Below are positions 36,833 through 46,076 of a stretch of 64,000 bases of DNA, piece by piece. The DNA lies in assembly GCA_030745755.1 (NCBI GenBank), contig JASLOA010000007.1, forward strand, positions 11,974-75,973, read 5' to 3'. The notes beneath the pieces were generated by a model, which was not told where the DNA came from, ran no database searches, and saw nothing but the letters and a program-made list of their open reading frames with translations. Position 1 is the first letter of the stretch; every line of letters begins with the position of its first letter. Origin of the DNA: Kiritimatiellia bacterium (GTDB lineage: Bacteria; Verrucomicrobiota; Kiritimatiellia; UBA8416; JABMPJ01). Both the position numbers and the translations under genes were made by a program.

Positions 36833-37106
36833 ATTCAGGATCTTTGAAACAGATGAATTCCTGAAACGCCTCAGGAAGTTGGCGTCGCGCGACGCCGCCT
36901 TCTTGAGGCGCAAGCTAGATTCATTTGTGTATCCCCAACTCAAGGCGGAGTCTTTCTGGGGAAACAACATCAAGAAGCTTCACGGCTACACCCCTGAAAC
37001 CTGGCGGTATCGCATTGGCAAATTCAGGATCTTCTACATTGTGGATCCAGAAGAGCAGATTCTCCATATCCTTACCGTTGATGATCGGAAGGATGCATAC
37101 CGATAG
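36801..37106 (+). CDS. RelE/ParE-family toxin
   Basis: ...WRYRIGKFRIFYIVDPEEQILHILTVDDRKDAYR. Confidence 0.65.
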   Translation: MRRQSEDALSEFRIFETDEFLKRLRKLASRDAAFLRRKLDSFVYPQLKAESFWGNNIKKLHGYTPETWRYRIGKFRIFYIVDPEEQILHILTVDDRKDAYR

Positions 37107-37116
37107 ATCGAGAGAG

Positions 37117-37197
37117 GGATAACAAGATGAATAGACACATACTTCTCAAAGCCGCGCTTCGCTTGCTTTGAGAACATGGTCATTCACGACGTTAGAT
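37117..37197 (+). other. attC site (R'' GGATAAC ... R' GTTAGAT)
   Basis: 9-bp stem tctcaaagc/gctttgaga. Confidence 0.6.
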
Positions 37198-37353
37198 CCC
37201 GAAATAGATAATGCTAAGCCACAGGGACTCCCCCGCGGGAAGATCACAGACTCAACCAGCTCAACCAGACAGCCGAGCCCCAACCAAGCATCGAAAGACA
37301 CACCCAGGAGACCCAGCCCAAAGCGCGACGCGCAATGCGGCGGGCAGGCATGG

Positions 37354-37415
37354 ATCTAACAAGAGGCTGCTCGCGTACCCTCGTATACTCGGGCCGGAGA
37401 GCCTGATCGTTGGGC
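37354..37415 (+). other. attC site (R'' ATCTAAC ... R' GTTGGGC)
   Basis: ggctGctc/gagagcc L boxes with an extrahelical G. Bounds an ORF-less ~210-bp cassette (37198-37408). Confidence 0.55.
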
Positions 37416-37439
37416 TTGAGAGAAAGGATTTGCAAATCT

Positions 37440-39092
37440 ATGCCTGGAGATATCATGCTGCTGTTGTTTGCACTGACTGTTATAGTGTGCCACTCGCAGG
37501 AAGCGGGAGCGGCAACGATTTCCGTGAAGAACTTTGGCGTAGCAGGCGATGGCACAAGTGACGACGGGCCAGCCATCCGTAAAGCGGTTGAGGCCGCGAC
37601 CAAAGGCGGCCCAGGAACAAAGCTTGTTTTCGAGAGCAAGGCCTACCGCCTTGGAGCAAACAAGGGCGGCAATGGCCAGATCAGGCTGGTCGATGTAGAC
37701 GGCCTGACCATCGACGGGAACGGCTCGACCCTACTCCTGCATCCTCAGAACGGGATGTTTGACGTCCTCAAGTGCCGGAACGTCGTCATCCGCGGATTTA
37801 CGATCGACTTCGATCCACTGCCGTTCACACAGGGCACAATCAGCAGCGTAGATGCAGGCAAAGGCTTCTTCGATCTGGAGTTCCACAAGGGATATCCCCT
37901 CCCTTTGCCGGATGAAGCAGTGAAGAAACGCTTGGGCAAAGGCGGCTGGCGCTGGGGATCGGTCATCGACCCGAAGGAACGCCATCGCCGCTGGGGAATT
38001 GCAGACCACTACTCTATCGACTCGATCAATTTGGTTGCGGGCAGAACCTATCGCATCACGGTTGCGCCCTCGGATGCCAAACAACTCACTCCTGTCCGTC
38101 CCGGTGATAGATTCTTCCTGCCATTACAGCTTACCGAGAAAGGTGAACGCGCCTTCGGCTCAAACATCACGGTCAAGGAGTCGACAGACTGCACGATTGA
38201 GGATATCACGATCTACAGCGCACGTTGCGGCATGAACTACGCTATCACCCGCAATGAAGGCCTCATCACGCTGCGTAACAACAAGATCACCTTCAAGCCG
38301 GGCAGCACCCGTATCTGTACGACCTGGAAGGACGGCATGCACGTCAAAGATAACCGCGTTGGGCCGCTAATCGAGGGGTGCTATTTCGAAGGCATGCTGG
38401 ACGATAGCATCAACATCAGCGCTAATACAGCCATGGCGACTAAGATCATCTCACCGACAGAGTTTCAACTAATGGGTCCAGCGTTCTCTGCGGGTGACGA
38501 TGTGATGGTCTTCGAACCGAAGACCGGTAAGATACGGATGACGATGGTCGTCAAAGCGACGGCGCAAGGTAGAGACCACCTCGTAACGTTGGCCGATCCA
38601 ATGGAGGGCGTGATTACAGGGCGCAAACAACGCGAGCACGTAAAGTCCACCCACTTCTACAATATGAGCTACGTCAACAACGGCTTTATCGTTCGCAATT
38701 GCACGTTCAAACCCCAACGCCGACATGCACTACTGGTCCGTTGCAGCAACGGGCTGTTTGAAGGAAATACGGTTGATGGCGTCGGCGGAGCTGCCGTGTG
38801 GATGGGCAATGAGATGGGCAGCTTCTACGAAGGACCGTTCCCCACGAACAATATAGTCCGCAATAACACCATCAACAACACACAATTGCCTGCTATCAAA
38901 ATCTACACCCGTGCAGGCGGCAAAGCGAAGCTCACACGCAACATCAAGGTTGAGGACAATACAATCACAGTGCTTCCTGAGAAGCTGGGCATCTCGGTTC
39001 TCAATGCTGCATCCGTCGAGTGTAGGGGCAACCGCATTCTTGATCAACAGGGGACGGATATTGGGGCAGCAGGCGTGATTCTTAATGATTGA
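37440..39092 (+). CDS. secreted right-handed beta-helix protein (pectate-lyase superfamily / GH28-like)
   Basis: Signal peptide MPGDIMLLLFALTVIVCHS. ISVKNFGVAGDGTSDDGPAIRKAVEAA is typical of GH28 / Pectate_lyase_3. Repetitive N-x-I/V beta-helix coils. Confidence 0.7.
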   Translation: MPGDIMLLLFALTVIVCHSQEAGAATISVKNFGVAGDGTSDDGPAIRKAVEAATKGGPGTKLVFESKAYRLGANKGGNGQIRLVDVDGLTIDGNGSTLLLHPQNGMFDVLKCRNVVIRGFTIDFDPLPFTQGTISSVDAGKGFFDLEFHKGYPLPLPDEAVKKRLGKGGWRWGSVIDPKERHRRWGIADHYSIDSINLVAGRTYRITVAPSDAKQLTPVRPGDRFFLPLQLTEKGERAFGSNITVKESTDCTIEDITIYSARCGMNYAITRNEGLITLRNNKITFKPGSTRICTTWKDGMHVKDNRVGPLIEGCYFEGMLDDSINISANTAMATKIISPTEFQLMGPAFSAGDDVMVFEPKTGKIRMTMVVKATAQGRDHLVTLADPMEGVITGRKQREHVKSTHFYNMSYVNNGFIVRNCTFKPQRRHALLVRCSNGLFEGNTVDGVGGAAVWMGNEMGSFYEGPFPTNNIVRNNTINNTQLPAIKIYTRAGGKAKLTRNIKVEDNTITVLPEKLGISVLNAASVECRGNRILDQQGTDIGAAGVILND

Positions 39093-39118
39093 GGGCGATC
39101 GGGAAAGAGACAAACACA

Positions 39119-39180
39119 GCCCAACAAGCACATGCAGCATATTGTCGCTGGGCGCCAAATGCTGATGTGAAGCGTTAGCA
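39119..39180 (+). other. attC site (R'' GCCCAAC ... R' GTTAGCA)
   Basis: cacatgcagcat/atgctgatgtg L boxes. Confidence 0.6.
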
Positions 39181-39205
39181 GTAGGAATAATTTGGAAAGG
39201 AGTAT

Positions 39206-39388
39206 ATGAAATCTAAAGATATAGGATTCTTTGCCATGGGAGTGGGGGCACTGGGGATTATCATTCCAATTCTAGTCCTCATTGGAGATAGTTCAAAAAT
39301 TATTCAAATCGGGATTATGATCTCAGGATCGATCATATTCGGATGTGGTTGCATTGCCGCAGTTATCGCACAGAACAAGGAACAATAA
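39206..39388 (+). CDS. small membrane protein (60 aa), hypothetical
   Basis: RBS GGAAAGGAG. Two TM helices. Confidence 0.45.
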   Translation: MKSKDIGFFAMGVGALGIIIPILVLIGDSSKIIQIGIMISGSIIFGCGCIAAVIAQNKEQ

Positions 39389-39450
39389 CTGCTATCAAAG
39401 CATTGGAGTTTACGTCGCTATAGCGCCGAAACTCAAGGTGGACGTTAGAA
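39383..39450 (+). other. attC site, family K (R'' CAATAAC ... R' GTTAGAA)
   Basis: tggagttt/aaactcaa stem. Central cgctatagcg palindrome. Confidence 0.6.
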
Positions 39451-39458
39451 TCAAGAAA

Positions 39459-40880
39459 ATGAGTACGAAGCAGAAGAACATCCTATTGATTATTTGCGAT
39501 CAACTATCTGCCCAGGCATTGGCTGCTTGGGGTAGTCCGTATGGTAGCACCCCTAATATTGATAGAATTATCGGAAACGGTGTTCGCTTTGAAACGGCGT
39601 ATACGAACTGTCCCTTATGCCAACCTGCCCGAGCATCACTTTGGACTGGTCTATATCCGCACCAGACAGGAGTATTGTCTAATGGTCGTTTACATCCTGT
39701 TCCTGAGGTCCCGGATTCGGTTGCAACGCTAGGGTCAGTCTTTTCTAAGGCCGGATATAGGACGGTTCATTTTGGGAAGCAACATGATGCCGGGAGCCTT
39801 CGCGGATTTGAGCGGTTTCCAATTGAAGGGAAGGAAATAGAAGATGTAGCTCCGTCATGGCCTGTGAACTACGACACGCGACAGGATCGCAATACCCGCG
39901 AGCAAATGATAGACTTCTTGAGTAGCTATGCTGACCCACGACCTTATCTGGCCGTCGCAGACCTCAATAATCCACATGACATTTGCAGCTGGATTGGGGA
40001 ATTCCAAGGCAGGAAAGAACTGATAAGTCCGGATTGTGCTCTCCCGCCACTGCCTGACAATCTATATCGTGACGAAGGGCAGTTCGAGAAGCTGCCCTTG
40101 CCGATTCAGTACATTTGTTGTGCTCATAACCGCCAAGCCCAAATGGCCGAATGGGATGAGACGAGAATCCGTCACTACTTGTGTGCATATCATCATTACA
40201 TAAGCAGAGTGGATACTGAGATAGGCAAGATTCTGGCAACTCTGGAAGGTAGAAGTGATGCCGAAGACACCTTGATTGTGTTCACGGCTGACCATGGTGA
40301 CTCAATGTGTGGTAGATGGATGGGTACAAAGCACACGAGCTTCTATGATGAAACCACCAAAATTCCTCTAGTATTCGCAGGTCCCGGAATCGAAGGAGAA
40401 AAGGGACGCGCTATCAGCGGCTTAACGTCTCTCATCGATCTATTTCCCACACTTTGTGACTATGCCGGCATAGACATTCCCTCTACGGTTGCCGGCCGCT
40501 CCCTAATGCCTTGGGTGGTCGATCACAAGGAGAAGCCGCCTCGTACATATGTAGTCAGCCAATGGCATACAGAATGGGGATTCACTATCGAACCAGGAAG
40601 AATGATTCGAACGAACAGATACAAATATACGCATTACCTCGAAGGTAATGGCGAAGAACTGTATGACCTTATCGATGACCCCGGAGAATTGAAAACCCTT
40701 GTAGATCATCGTGGGTTCCACAAAGTATTGAAAGAACATCGTGCTATCCTGAAAGAACATACAGAAATAGCAAATGACCCCTATTTCTCTCTTGAATGGA
40801 ATGCGGATGAACGCTGGAGGTGCCATAAGCCAGGATATCGCAATCATCGTGGTGCTGCGGCGCCGGCAAGCGGCAATTGA
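39459..40880 (+). CDS. type I sulfatase (formylglycine-dependent)
   Basis: NILLIICDQL..., FGly motif CQPARASLWTG (C-x-P-x-R), and a C-terminal sulfatase domain. Confidence 0.85.
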   Translation: MSTKQKNILLIICDQLSAQALAAWGSPYGSTPNIDRIIGNGVRFETAYTNCPLCQPARASLWTGLYPHQTGVLSNGRLHPVPEVPDSVATLGSVFSKAGYRTVHFGKQHDAGSLRGFERFPIEGKEIEDVAPSWPVNYDTRQDRNTREQMIDFLSSYADPRPYLAVADLNNPHDICSWIGEFQGRKELISPDCALPPLPDNLYRDEGQFEKLPLPIQYICCAHNRQAQMAEWDETRIRHYLCAYHHYISRVDTEIGKILATLEGRSDAEDTLIVFTADHGDSMCGRWMGTKHTSFYDETTKIPLVFAGPGIEGEKGRAISGLTSLIDLFPTLCDYAGIDIPSTVAGRSLMPWVVDHKEKPPRTYVVSQWHTEWGFTIEPGRMIRTNRYKYTHYLEGNGEELYDLIDDPGELKTLVDHRGFHKVLKEHRAILKEHTEIANDPYFSLEWNADERWRCHKPGYRNHRGAAAPASGN

Positions 40881-40886
40881 AATGAA

Positions 40887-40946
40887 TTCTAACAAAGCGT
40901 TGCACAGCGACGCGGTAAACCGCGCGTGTGAACGCAGACGTTCGCT
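40887..40946 (+). other. attC site, family C (sulfatase-linked; R'' TTCTAAC ... R' GTTCGCT)
   Basis: Core gttgcacagcgacgcggtaaaccgcgcg-tgtgaac. Confidence 0.7.
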
Positions 40947-41014
40947 CCATAAAAACAGATGGCATCTCCTCCCCTTCTTGCTAATACACTCCAAATGAAG
41001 CTGGAGATTGACGG

Positions 41015-41224
41015 ATGACTAAAGAATTCAATGTTGTAATAGAACGAGATGCAGACGGGTACTTCGTTGCCTCAGTGCCAGCATTGCGCGGTTGTCATAC
41101 GCAAGCCAAATCACTCGATGTCCTTATGAAGAGAGTGAAGGAAGCTATCGAACTGTGCATGGAGGTCGAAAAGCCTCTGTCCAACCAGTTCGTTGGCGTG
41201 CAACGAGTCGCCGTCACCGCATGA
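41015..41224 (+). CDS. hicB: HicB-family antitoxin (UPF0150)
   Basis: FNVVIERDADGYFVASVPALRGCHTQAKSLDVLMKRVKEAIELCME. Confidence 0.75.
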   Translation: MTKEFNVVIERDADGYFVASVPALRGCHTQAKSLDVLMKRVKEAIELCMEVEKPLSNQFVGVQRVAVTA

Positions 41225-41391
41225 GCACCTCCCCCGCAGTCAGCGGCAGCAAACTTATCAAGGCCCTTCGCAAACTTGGTTTCGCCGTCATTCGAGTCAA
41301 GGGCAGCCATCACTTCCTGCGTCATGCTGATGGCAGGTGCACGGTTGTCCCTGTTCATCGTGGCGAAACCGCCTGCTTGCTCAAATCCTGA
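41221..41391 (+). CDS. hicA: HicA-family mRNA interferase toxin
   Basis: ...GSKLIKALRKLGFAVIRVKGSHHFLRHADGRCTVVPVHRGE. ATGA overlap with hicB. Confidence 0.75.
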   Translation: MSTSPAVSGSKLIKALRKLGFAVIRVKGSHHFLRHADGRCTVVPVHRGETACLLKS

Positions 41392-41396
41392 GAGAC

Positions 41397-41577
41397 TGCG
41401 AACTCACCAAGCGCGACCTGCACAAGCATCTCTGAGCGAACAAGGCCTCGCAGGTTACGTCGCATTACGCTGAATAGGGTCTTTAGCGGAAGAATTGCCT
41501 CCTAGGCAAGGTCCAAAGGACTGAGCCACTGGGCAGTGGCGAATCAATAGCACCGACCGTGGTGCTGGACGTTAGCG
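41397..41577 (+). other. complex attC region: one long site or two sites flanking an ORF-less ~110-bp cassette
   Basis: Inverse cores TGCGAAC (41397) and AGCGAAC (41435). GTT cores GTTACGT (41454) and GTTAGCG (41571). Palindromes gccactg-ggc-agtggc and agcacc/ggtgct. No ORF. Confidence 0.4.
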
Positions 41578-41647
41578 AGCAATATGATCAGCCATATTTA
41601 TACATTGCCTTTCCTGCTCCTTCTGATAGGCTTCTTTGGTGAAGAGA

Positions 41648-41917
41648 ATGAAGTTCGAGTGGGATCCGCGTAAGGATAGCGAGAACCAAAGGAAACACGA
41701 TGTTCCCTTTGAAGTCGCGCAGTATGCCTTCGCTGATCCTGATCGAGTAATTGCTGAGGATCTTTCGCATAGTCAGGACGAACAACGGTTCTTCTGCTTC
41801 GGTTTGGTTGGCGGAGGCGTATTGACGGTTCGCTTCACTGTGCGCGGATCCACGATACGCATCTTCGGTGCAGGCTACTGGCGGAAAGGAAGGAAGATTT
41901 ATGAAAACAAAGGTTAA
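41648..41917 (+). CDS. brnT: BrnT-family (DUF497) toxin
   Basis: MKFEWDPRKDSENQRKHDVPFEVAQYAF... Confidence 0.75.
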   Translation: MKFEWDPRKDSENQRKHDVPFEVAQYAFADPDRVIAEDLSHSQDEQRFFCFGLVGGGVLTVRFTVRGSTIRIFGAGYWRKGRKIYENKG

Positions 41918-42131
41918 GTACACTGACGGGCCCATTGGTGATGTCAAAGTCGTGCGCGACTTTCTGCCCTCCCCTGACGAGCTCGCATTCAAAGAGGAGC
42001 AGATCAAAGTTACAATCGGCTTGAGCAAATCCAGCGTCGACTTCTTCAAGAAACAGGCGAAGCGTAACCACACGCAATACCAGAAGATGATTCGCCGCCT
42101 TCTCGACGTCTACGTCGCGCAACACCACTAA
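41901..42131 (+). CDS. brnA: BrnA-family antitoxin
   Basis: MKTKVKYTDG...VTIGLSKSSVDFFKKQAKRNHTQYQKMIRRLLDVYV. Confidence 0.7.
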   Translation: MKTKVKYTDGPIGDVKVVRDFLPSPDELAFKEEQIKVTIGLSKSSVDFFKKQAKRNHTQYQKMIRRLLDVYVAQHH

Positions 42132-42195
42132 GATCGCTGACAAGGTGTTGGATGCTACGACGCTATAGCGCCGAGCATCATCACGGACGTTGGGC
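42117..42195 (+). other. attC site, family K (R'' GCGCAAC ... R' GTTGGGC)
   Basis: gatgct/agcatc stem. cgacgctatagcgccg core, as in 39383-39450. Confidence 0.55.
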
Positions 42196-42211
42196 TGTAA
42201 AAGGATATAGA

Positions 42212-43927
42212 ATGCAAGGCATGTTCAAGATTCTGCTATTATCTCTCACACTCCCATTATTCATCAATTCGCATTCACGGGCAGAGGGTTCGGAAGCGAT
42301 ACAATTGGGACCAGACTACAAGCCGTGCGGCGAGTTGACTAAATTCTGGCGTGGCAAACCTGTCATCGGGCGCTGGATGGGCCAGGGATTTCTGGCTGAT
42401 GCGCCCACCTTCTACAACCAATCTTCTTTTCCCTACAAGAAGCGAGGTCACAAACAAGAAGTCAAGATGGCGGACTTCCTGAGCACGCCTCGGCTCCTCG
42501 GCGGCTGGCATCCCGACAAAGGCGGCAAAGGCGAACTCGAAAAACACAAGCACGTCGCCGACGCTGACCTCGTGTATCGAAAAAAGGATGGCTCCCTCGG
42601 GTATCGCTGGGAACTGCTGGACCTGCGTCTGAGTCGATTCATCAATGCGGGATACACCGACCTGACGCTGGTGCTGGATCAAATCCCCTATTGCCTAGCC
42701 AGGAAGCATCATTTGGAAACCTACGGCCAAGCCATCCCACCCGATGATCTGAAAGAGTGGTACGTCTTCATCCGTGATCTCTGCAAAGAATTGAAACGCC
42801 GCTACAGCACGAAGACTGCCAGCGGCTTCCGCTTCCGCCTCGGCACCGAACTCGGCAGCGGCGAACGCATCGCCCTGACGCAGGAACAACTGCACGAGAT
42901 GTACGCCCTCACACACAAGGCCATCAAGGAAGTCCTGCCCGACGCCAAGCTCGGCCCGTGGAACGAAGCGGGTTTCAAAGATAAGCAGGAACGCGCTCCG
43001 CTGAAAGTGCTGGCACTGGCCAAATATGCCAAGGCGAACAAGCTGGCCTTTGATTTCGCTAGCGTCTCGTCCTACTCCATCCCGAAAGTACGCGGCAGCA
43101 GAATCCTCGCGACCAACCCCCAGCAGAAGGCCGAGGGCGATGCCAAGTATTTCACCTTGCTCCGCGAAGTCTTCCCCGGTATCCCGGCCGAGTATCACGA
43201 GTTCGGCATTCTCAACTCGCAATACGGCGTCGTCACCAGTGAACCCGGTTCGCGCGGCGGTGCGTATCGGGCGCATTACCTGCTAGCCGCGCTTGAAAAC
43301 AGGTCTCTCGACCGCTTGTATCACTGGTCAGTCTTTGACTTCATCGGCACCGACAGAAAGCTCGGCCCGATCCAGTTGCTCCGCTCCAATGGCTGGCTCT
43401 ATTCCATCCTGGAGCATGCTGCCGAAGGCAAGCTGTATGTCCTGAAGGGCAATACCGCGGCAGGGAACACTCTCTACAAATCCGCTCTCATTACCTGCCC
43501 CAAGAGGAGCTTCCTGATCGTCTCGGCGTATACGCTGGATCGCCGCAAGCAAGGCAAGCCAACGATCACGATCACCCTTCCCCAAAGCATCGTCCAAAAC
43601 AAGCCGCCGGGTAAAGGTGTAGTTGAGTATGTGGCATTGACGCCGGAGACGGACATCTACCGAACCGTCAAAGCGGACCTCGCGAAGGCAAGCAACCTCA
43701 ATCCCGAATTCGCCAAGCATCCTGATCTCGTCGCCCCGGTGAAGAGCATGGCGACCAAGTTCGCTGGTGCGCGCAAAATGATCACGGCCAACTACTCGGC
43801 CTACCAAAACCAGATGGAGAAGTCTCTCACCCTCAAGCCTTTCGGGCCCAAGATGAAGACGGACGAGATGACGCTATCCCTAACCTTCCCCTTCCCGACG
43901 GATTCGGTGGTTGTTTTTGTCTGGTGA
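42212..43927 (+). CDS. secreted TIM-barrel glycoside-hydrolase-like protein (GH39/GH30-like), hypothetical
   Basis: Signal peptide MQGMFKILLLSLTLPLFINSHS. LGPWNEAGF resembles the GH39 WNEP acid/base motif. 571 aa. Confidence 0.5.
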   Translation: MQGMFKILLLSLTLPLFINSHSRAEGSEAIQLGPDYKPCGELTKFWRGKPVIGRWMGQGFLADAPTFYNQSSFPYKKRGHKQEVKMADFLSTPRLLGGWHPDKGGKGELEKHKHVADADLVYRKKDGSLGYRWELLDLRLSRFINAGYTDLTLVLDQIPYCLARKHHLETYGQAIPPDDLKEWYVFIRDLCKELKRRYSTKTASGFRFRLGTELGSGERIALTQEQLHEMYALTHKAIKEVLPDAKLGPWNEAGFKDKQERAPLKVLALAKYAKANKLAFDFASVSSYSIPKVRGSRILATNPQQKAEGDAKYFTLLREVFPGIPAEYHEFGILNSQYGVVTSEPGSRGGAYRAHYLLAALENRSLDRLYHWSVFDFIGTDRKLGPIQLLRSNGWLYSILEHAAEGKLYVLKGNTAAGNTLYKSALITCPKRSFLIVSAYTLDRRKQGKPTITITLPQSIVQNKPPGKGVVEYVALTPETDIYRTVKADLAKASNLNPEFAKHPDLVAPVKSMATKFAGARKMITANYSAYQNQMEKSLTLKPFGPKMKTDEMTLSLTFPFPTDSVVVFVW

Positions 43928-43952
43928 GGGAGGATATAGATGAACTGGAATT

Positions 43953-44011
43953 GCCCAACAAGCCGGATACAGGCGCCGGCAAATAGCCGCGCCTGATCCG
44001 CGACGTTAACA
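43953..44011 (+). other. attC site (R'' GCCCAAC ... R' GTTAACA)
   Basis: cggatacaggcgc/gcgcctgatccg L boxes. Confidence 0.6.
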
Positions 44012-44031
44012 CAGGAGATGGGATATGTTGG

Positions 44032-45456
44032 ATGAGTAAGCCAAACATTGTCTACGTAATTGCTGACCAATTGCGCCGGCAATCTTGCGGATATGCCGGT
44101 GATGCGCTGGCAAGGACTCCGAATATTGATCGGTTAGCGGATGAGGGTATGAGTTTTGATAACGCAGTGGTATCGATGCCCGTTTGCAGTGCCTATCGCG
44201 CTTCGCTGTTCACGGGGAAGTATACGACGTCGACAGGCATGGTCATCAACGAGATACGACTAAATCCGGATCACCACCCGCGTTGCCTGGCGCATTGCCT
44301 GGCCGACGCAGACTACGAGCTTGCATATCTCGGCAAGTGGCATCTTTGGGCGAACCAGCTGGGGAATCACGAGGATCCCAAGAACTCGTTCGTGCCACGC
44401 GGTCCACACCGGCTGGGTTTTGACGGCTACTGGGCGGCTTATAATTTCCATCACGACTACTATGGTGAACATGCGTATTACCATGAAGAGAAACCGGAGA
44501 AGATACGCTTCCCGGAAGGGACGTACGAGCCGGACGGCCAGACAGATATGGCGATCGATTACATAAAGGCTCACGTCAATGACGACAGGCCGTTTGCTCT
44601 CATGCTGTCGCTTGGAACGCCGCATGACCCATGGGTGAAGGACAATGTACCTAAGGAATACTACGCCATGTTCGAGAATGTGAAGTTTGAAGTTCCACCG
44701 AACTGGCGACAGGAAAGCGACGCACCTTACGGCGATGGCTGGTCAGACATGGAGAAGACGCCAGAGATGCTGGACGAGTGGATGCGCGTGTACTATGCGA
44801 TGACTGCGAATCTGGACTGGAACATCGGCCGACTGCAGAGCGCAATCCGCGACGCAGGCATTGAGGATAACACGATCCTTGTCTTCACCTCGGACCACGG
44901 TGAATGCTTCGGCGCGCATGGGAGGATGAAGAAGAACATTTTCTATGAAGAAGCTGCGCGTGTACCCATGCTCATCAAGTGGCCTGCCGCGATCCCTGCG
45001 GGGCACAAGAGCGATGCCTGTCTCAGTAATGTCGACATCATGCCAACGCTATTGGGATTGGTCGGGGCGGATATCCCCGACGAGGTCGAAGGTATGGACC
45101 TGAGCCATTGCGCACGAGGCGAATCGGGCCCGGAACCGGAATTTGCATTTCTCCAGAATACCGGTGCGTGTGCGGCCTGGGAAGACGGTCATGAATGGCG
45201 AGCGATCCGAACGAAGCAATACACCTACGCCGTCTACAAGCTCGATGGTAAAGAACTGCTCTTCGACAATATCGCCGACCCCTATCAGATGGTTAACCTG
45301 TTGGACCAGGACGTTACCGACCTCGGACCTGAACTGAGCCGGAAGCTGGCGGCCAAGATGGCAGAACTGAAAGACGGTTTCGAAGTATCTTCATTCTACC
45401 GAGATAGCTGGGTGTCCAAGGATCGCCTGATCTTGAGGACTGCAAAGAATTCCTGA
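44032..45456 (+). CDS. type I sulfatase
   Basis: NIVYVIADQLR..., FGly motif CSAYRASLFTG, FTSDHGE, and a C-terminal domain. Confidence 0.85.
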   Translation: MSKPNIVYVIADQLRRQSCGYAGDALARTPNIDRLADEGMSFDNAVVSMPVCSAYRASLFTGKYTTSTGMVINEIRLNPDHHPRCLAHCLADADYELAYLGKWHLWANQLGNHEDPKNSFVPRGPHRLGFDGYWAAYNFHHDYYGEHAYYHEEKPEKIRFPEGTYEPDGQTDMAIDYIKAHVNDDRPFALMLSLGTPHDPWVKDNVPKEYYAMFENVKFEVPPNWRQESDAPYGDGWSDMEKTPEMLDEWMRVYYAMTANLDWNIGRLQSAIRDAGIEDNTILVFTSDHGECFGAHGRMKKNIFYEEAARVPMLIKWPAAIPAGHKSDACLSNVDIMPTLLGLVGADIPDEVEGMDLSHCARGESGPEPEFAFLQNTGACAAWEDGHEWRAIRTKQYTYAVYKLDGKELLFDNIADPYQMVNLLDQDVTDLGPELSRKLAAKMAELKDGFEVSSFYRDSWVSKDRLILRTAKNS

Positions 45457-45488
45457 AAACAGAACTATGAAAACGCCAAACAAAAAGA

Positions 45489-45548
45489 TGCGAACAAAGC
45501 GTTGCACAGCGAAGCGGTAAACCGCTCGCGTGAACGCAGCCGTTCTGC
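45489..45548 (+). other. attC site, family C (sulfatase-linked; R'' TGCGAAC ... R' GTTCTGC)
   Basis: gttgcacagcgaagcggtaaaccgctcgcgtgaac core. Confidence 0.7.
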
Positions 45549-45565
45549 CAAAGAAATGAAGATGA

Positions 45566-45594
45566 TTGCGATGTGAGCGGGGCGGCGGTATTAT
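45566..45594 (+). promoter_or_regulatory. cassette promoter TTGCGA-17-TATTAT
   Basis: Hexamers at 45566 and 45589, upstream of hicB (ATG at 45617). Confidence 0.5.
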
Positions 45595-45616
45595 GTGGGT
45601 AGATTGGAGATAACAG

Positions 45617-45832
45617 ATGCACAACGAGTTCACAGCCATAGTTGAGCGGGATGACGACTGGTTCATCGCGTACTGCCCTGAGATTCCTGGCGCCAACGGG
45701 CAAGGCAAGAGCAAAGCCGAGGCAATCAAGAGCCTGTCCGGAGCGATAGATCTCATTCTTGAGGATCGTCGCGAAGACGCGATCCGAGGGCTTCCGGCTG
45801 AGGCAGAGCGCGAACTCGTGGCAGTAGGATGA
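45617..45832 (+). CDS. hicB: HicB-family antitoxin
   Basis: FTAIVERDDDWFIAYCPEIPGANGQGKSKAEAIKSL. Confidence 0.75.
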   Translation: MHNEFTAIVERDDDWFIAYCPEIPGANGQGKSKAEAIKSLSGAIDLILEDRREDAIRGLPAEAERELVAVG

Positions 45833-46017
45833 AGCGCAACGCTCTCCTGAAACATCTCCGCCGCAACGGTTGCTATCTCAAGCGGGAAGGTTCTTCGCAT
45901 TCCCTGTGGTGCAATCCGAGAACCGGTTGGATTGAAGCCGTCCCCCGCCACACCGAAGTTGCCAACCGCCTTGTCCGCAAGATCTGCAAGCAACTGTCCA
46001 TTCCCGAAATCGGATGA
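45829..46017 (+). CDS. hicA: HicA-family toxin
   Basis: LLKHLRRNGCYLKREGSSHSLWCNPRTGWIEAVPRHTEV. Confidence 0.75.
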   Translation: MKRNALLKHLRRNGCYLKREGSSHSLWCNPRTGWIEAVPRHTEVANRLVRKICKQLSIPEIG

Positions 46018-46018
46018 T

Positions 46019-46076
46019 GCAGAACAAGGCCAATGGACGGTACGGCTACAGCCGCCCGTCATTGCCGACGTTATCT
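46019..46076 (+). other. attC site, family A (R'' GCAGAAC ... R' GTTATCT)
   Basis: aatgGacgg/ccgtcatt L boxes with an extrahelical G. ggtacggctacagccgcc core. Confidence 0.7.

Noticed and set aside
37168-37561. ORFs of 63 and 116 aa in the 37.2-37.4 kb region
   Set aside because: They span two attC sites and are Pro/Gln/Ser-rich with no start context. Interpreted as an ORF-less cassette instead.
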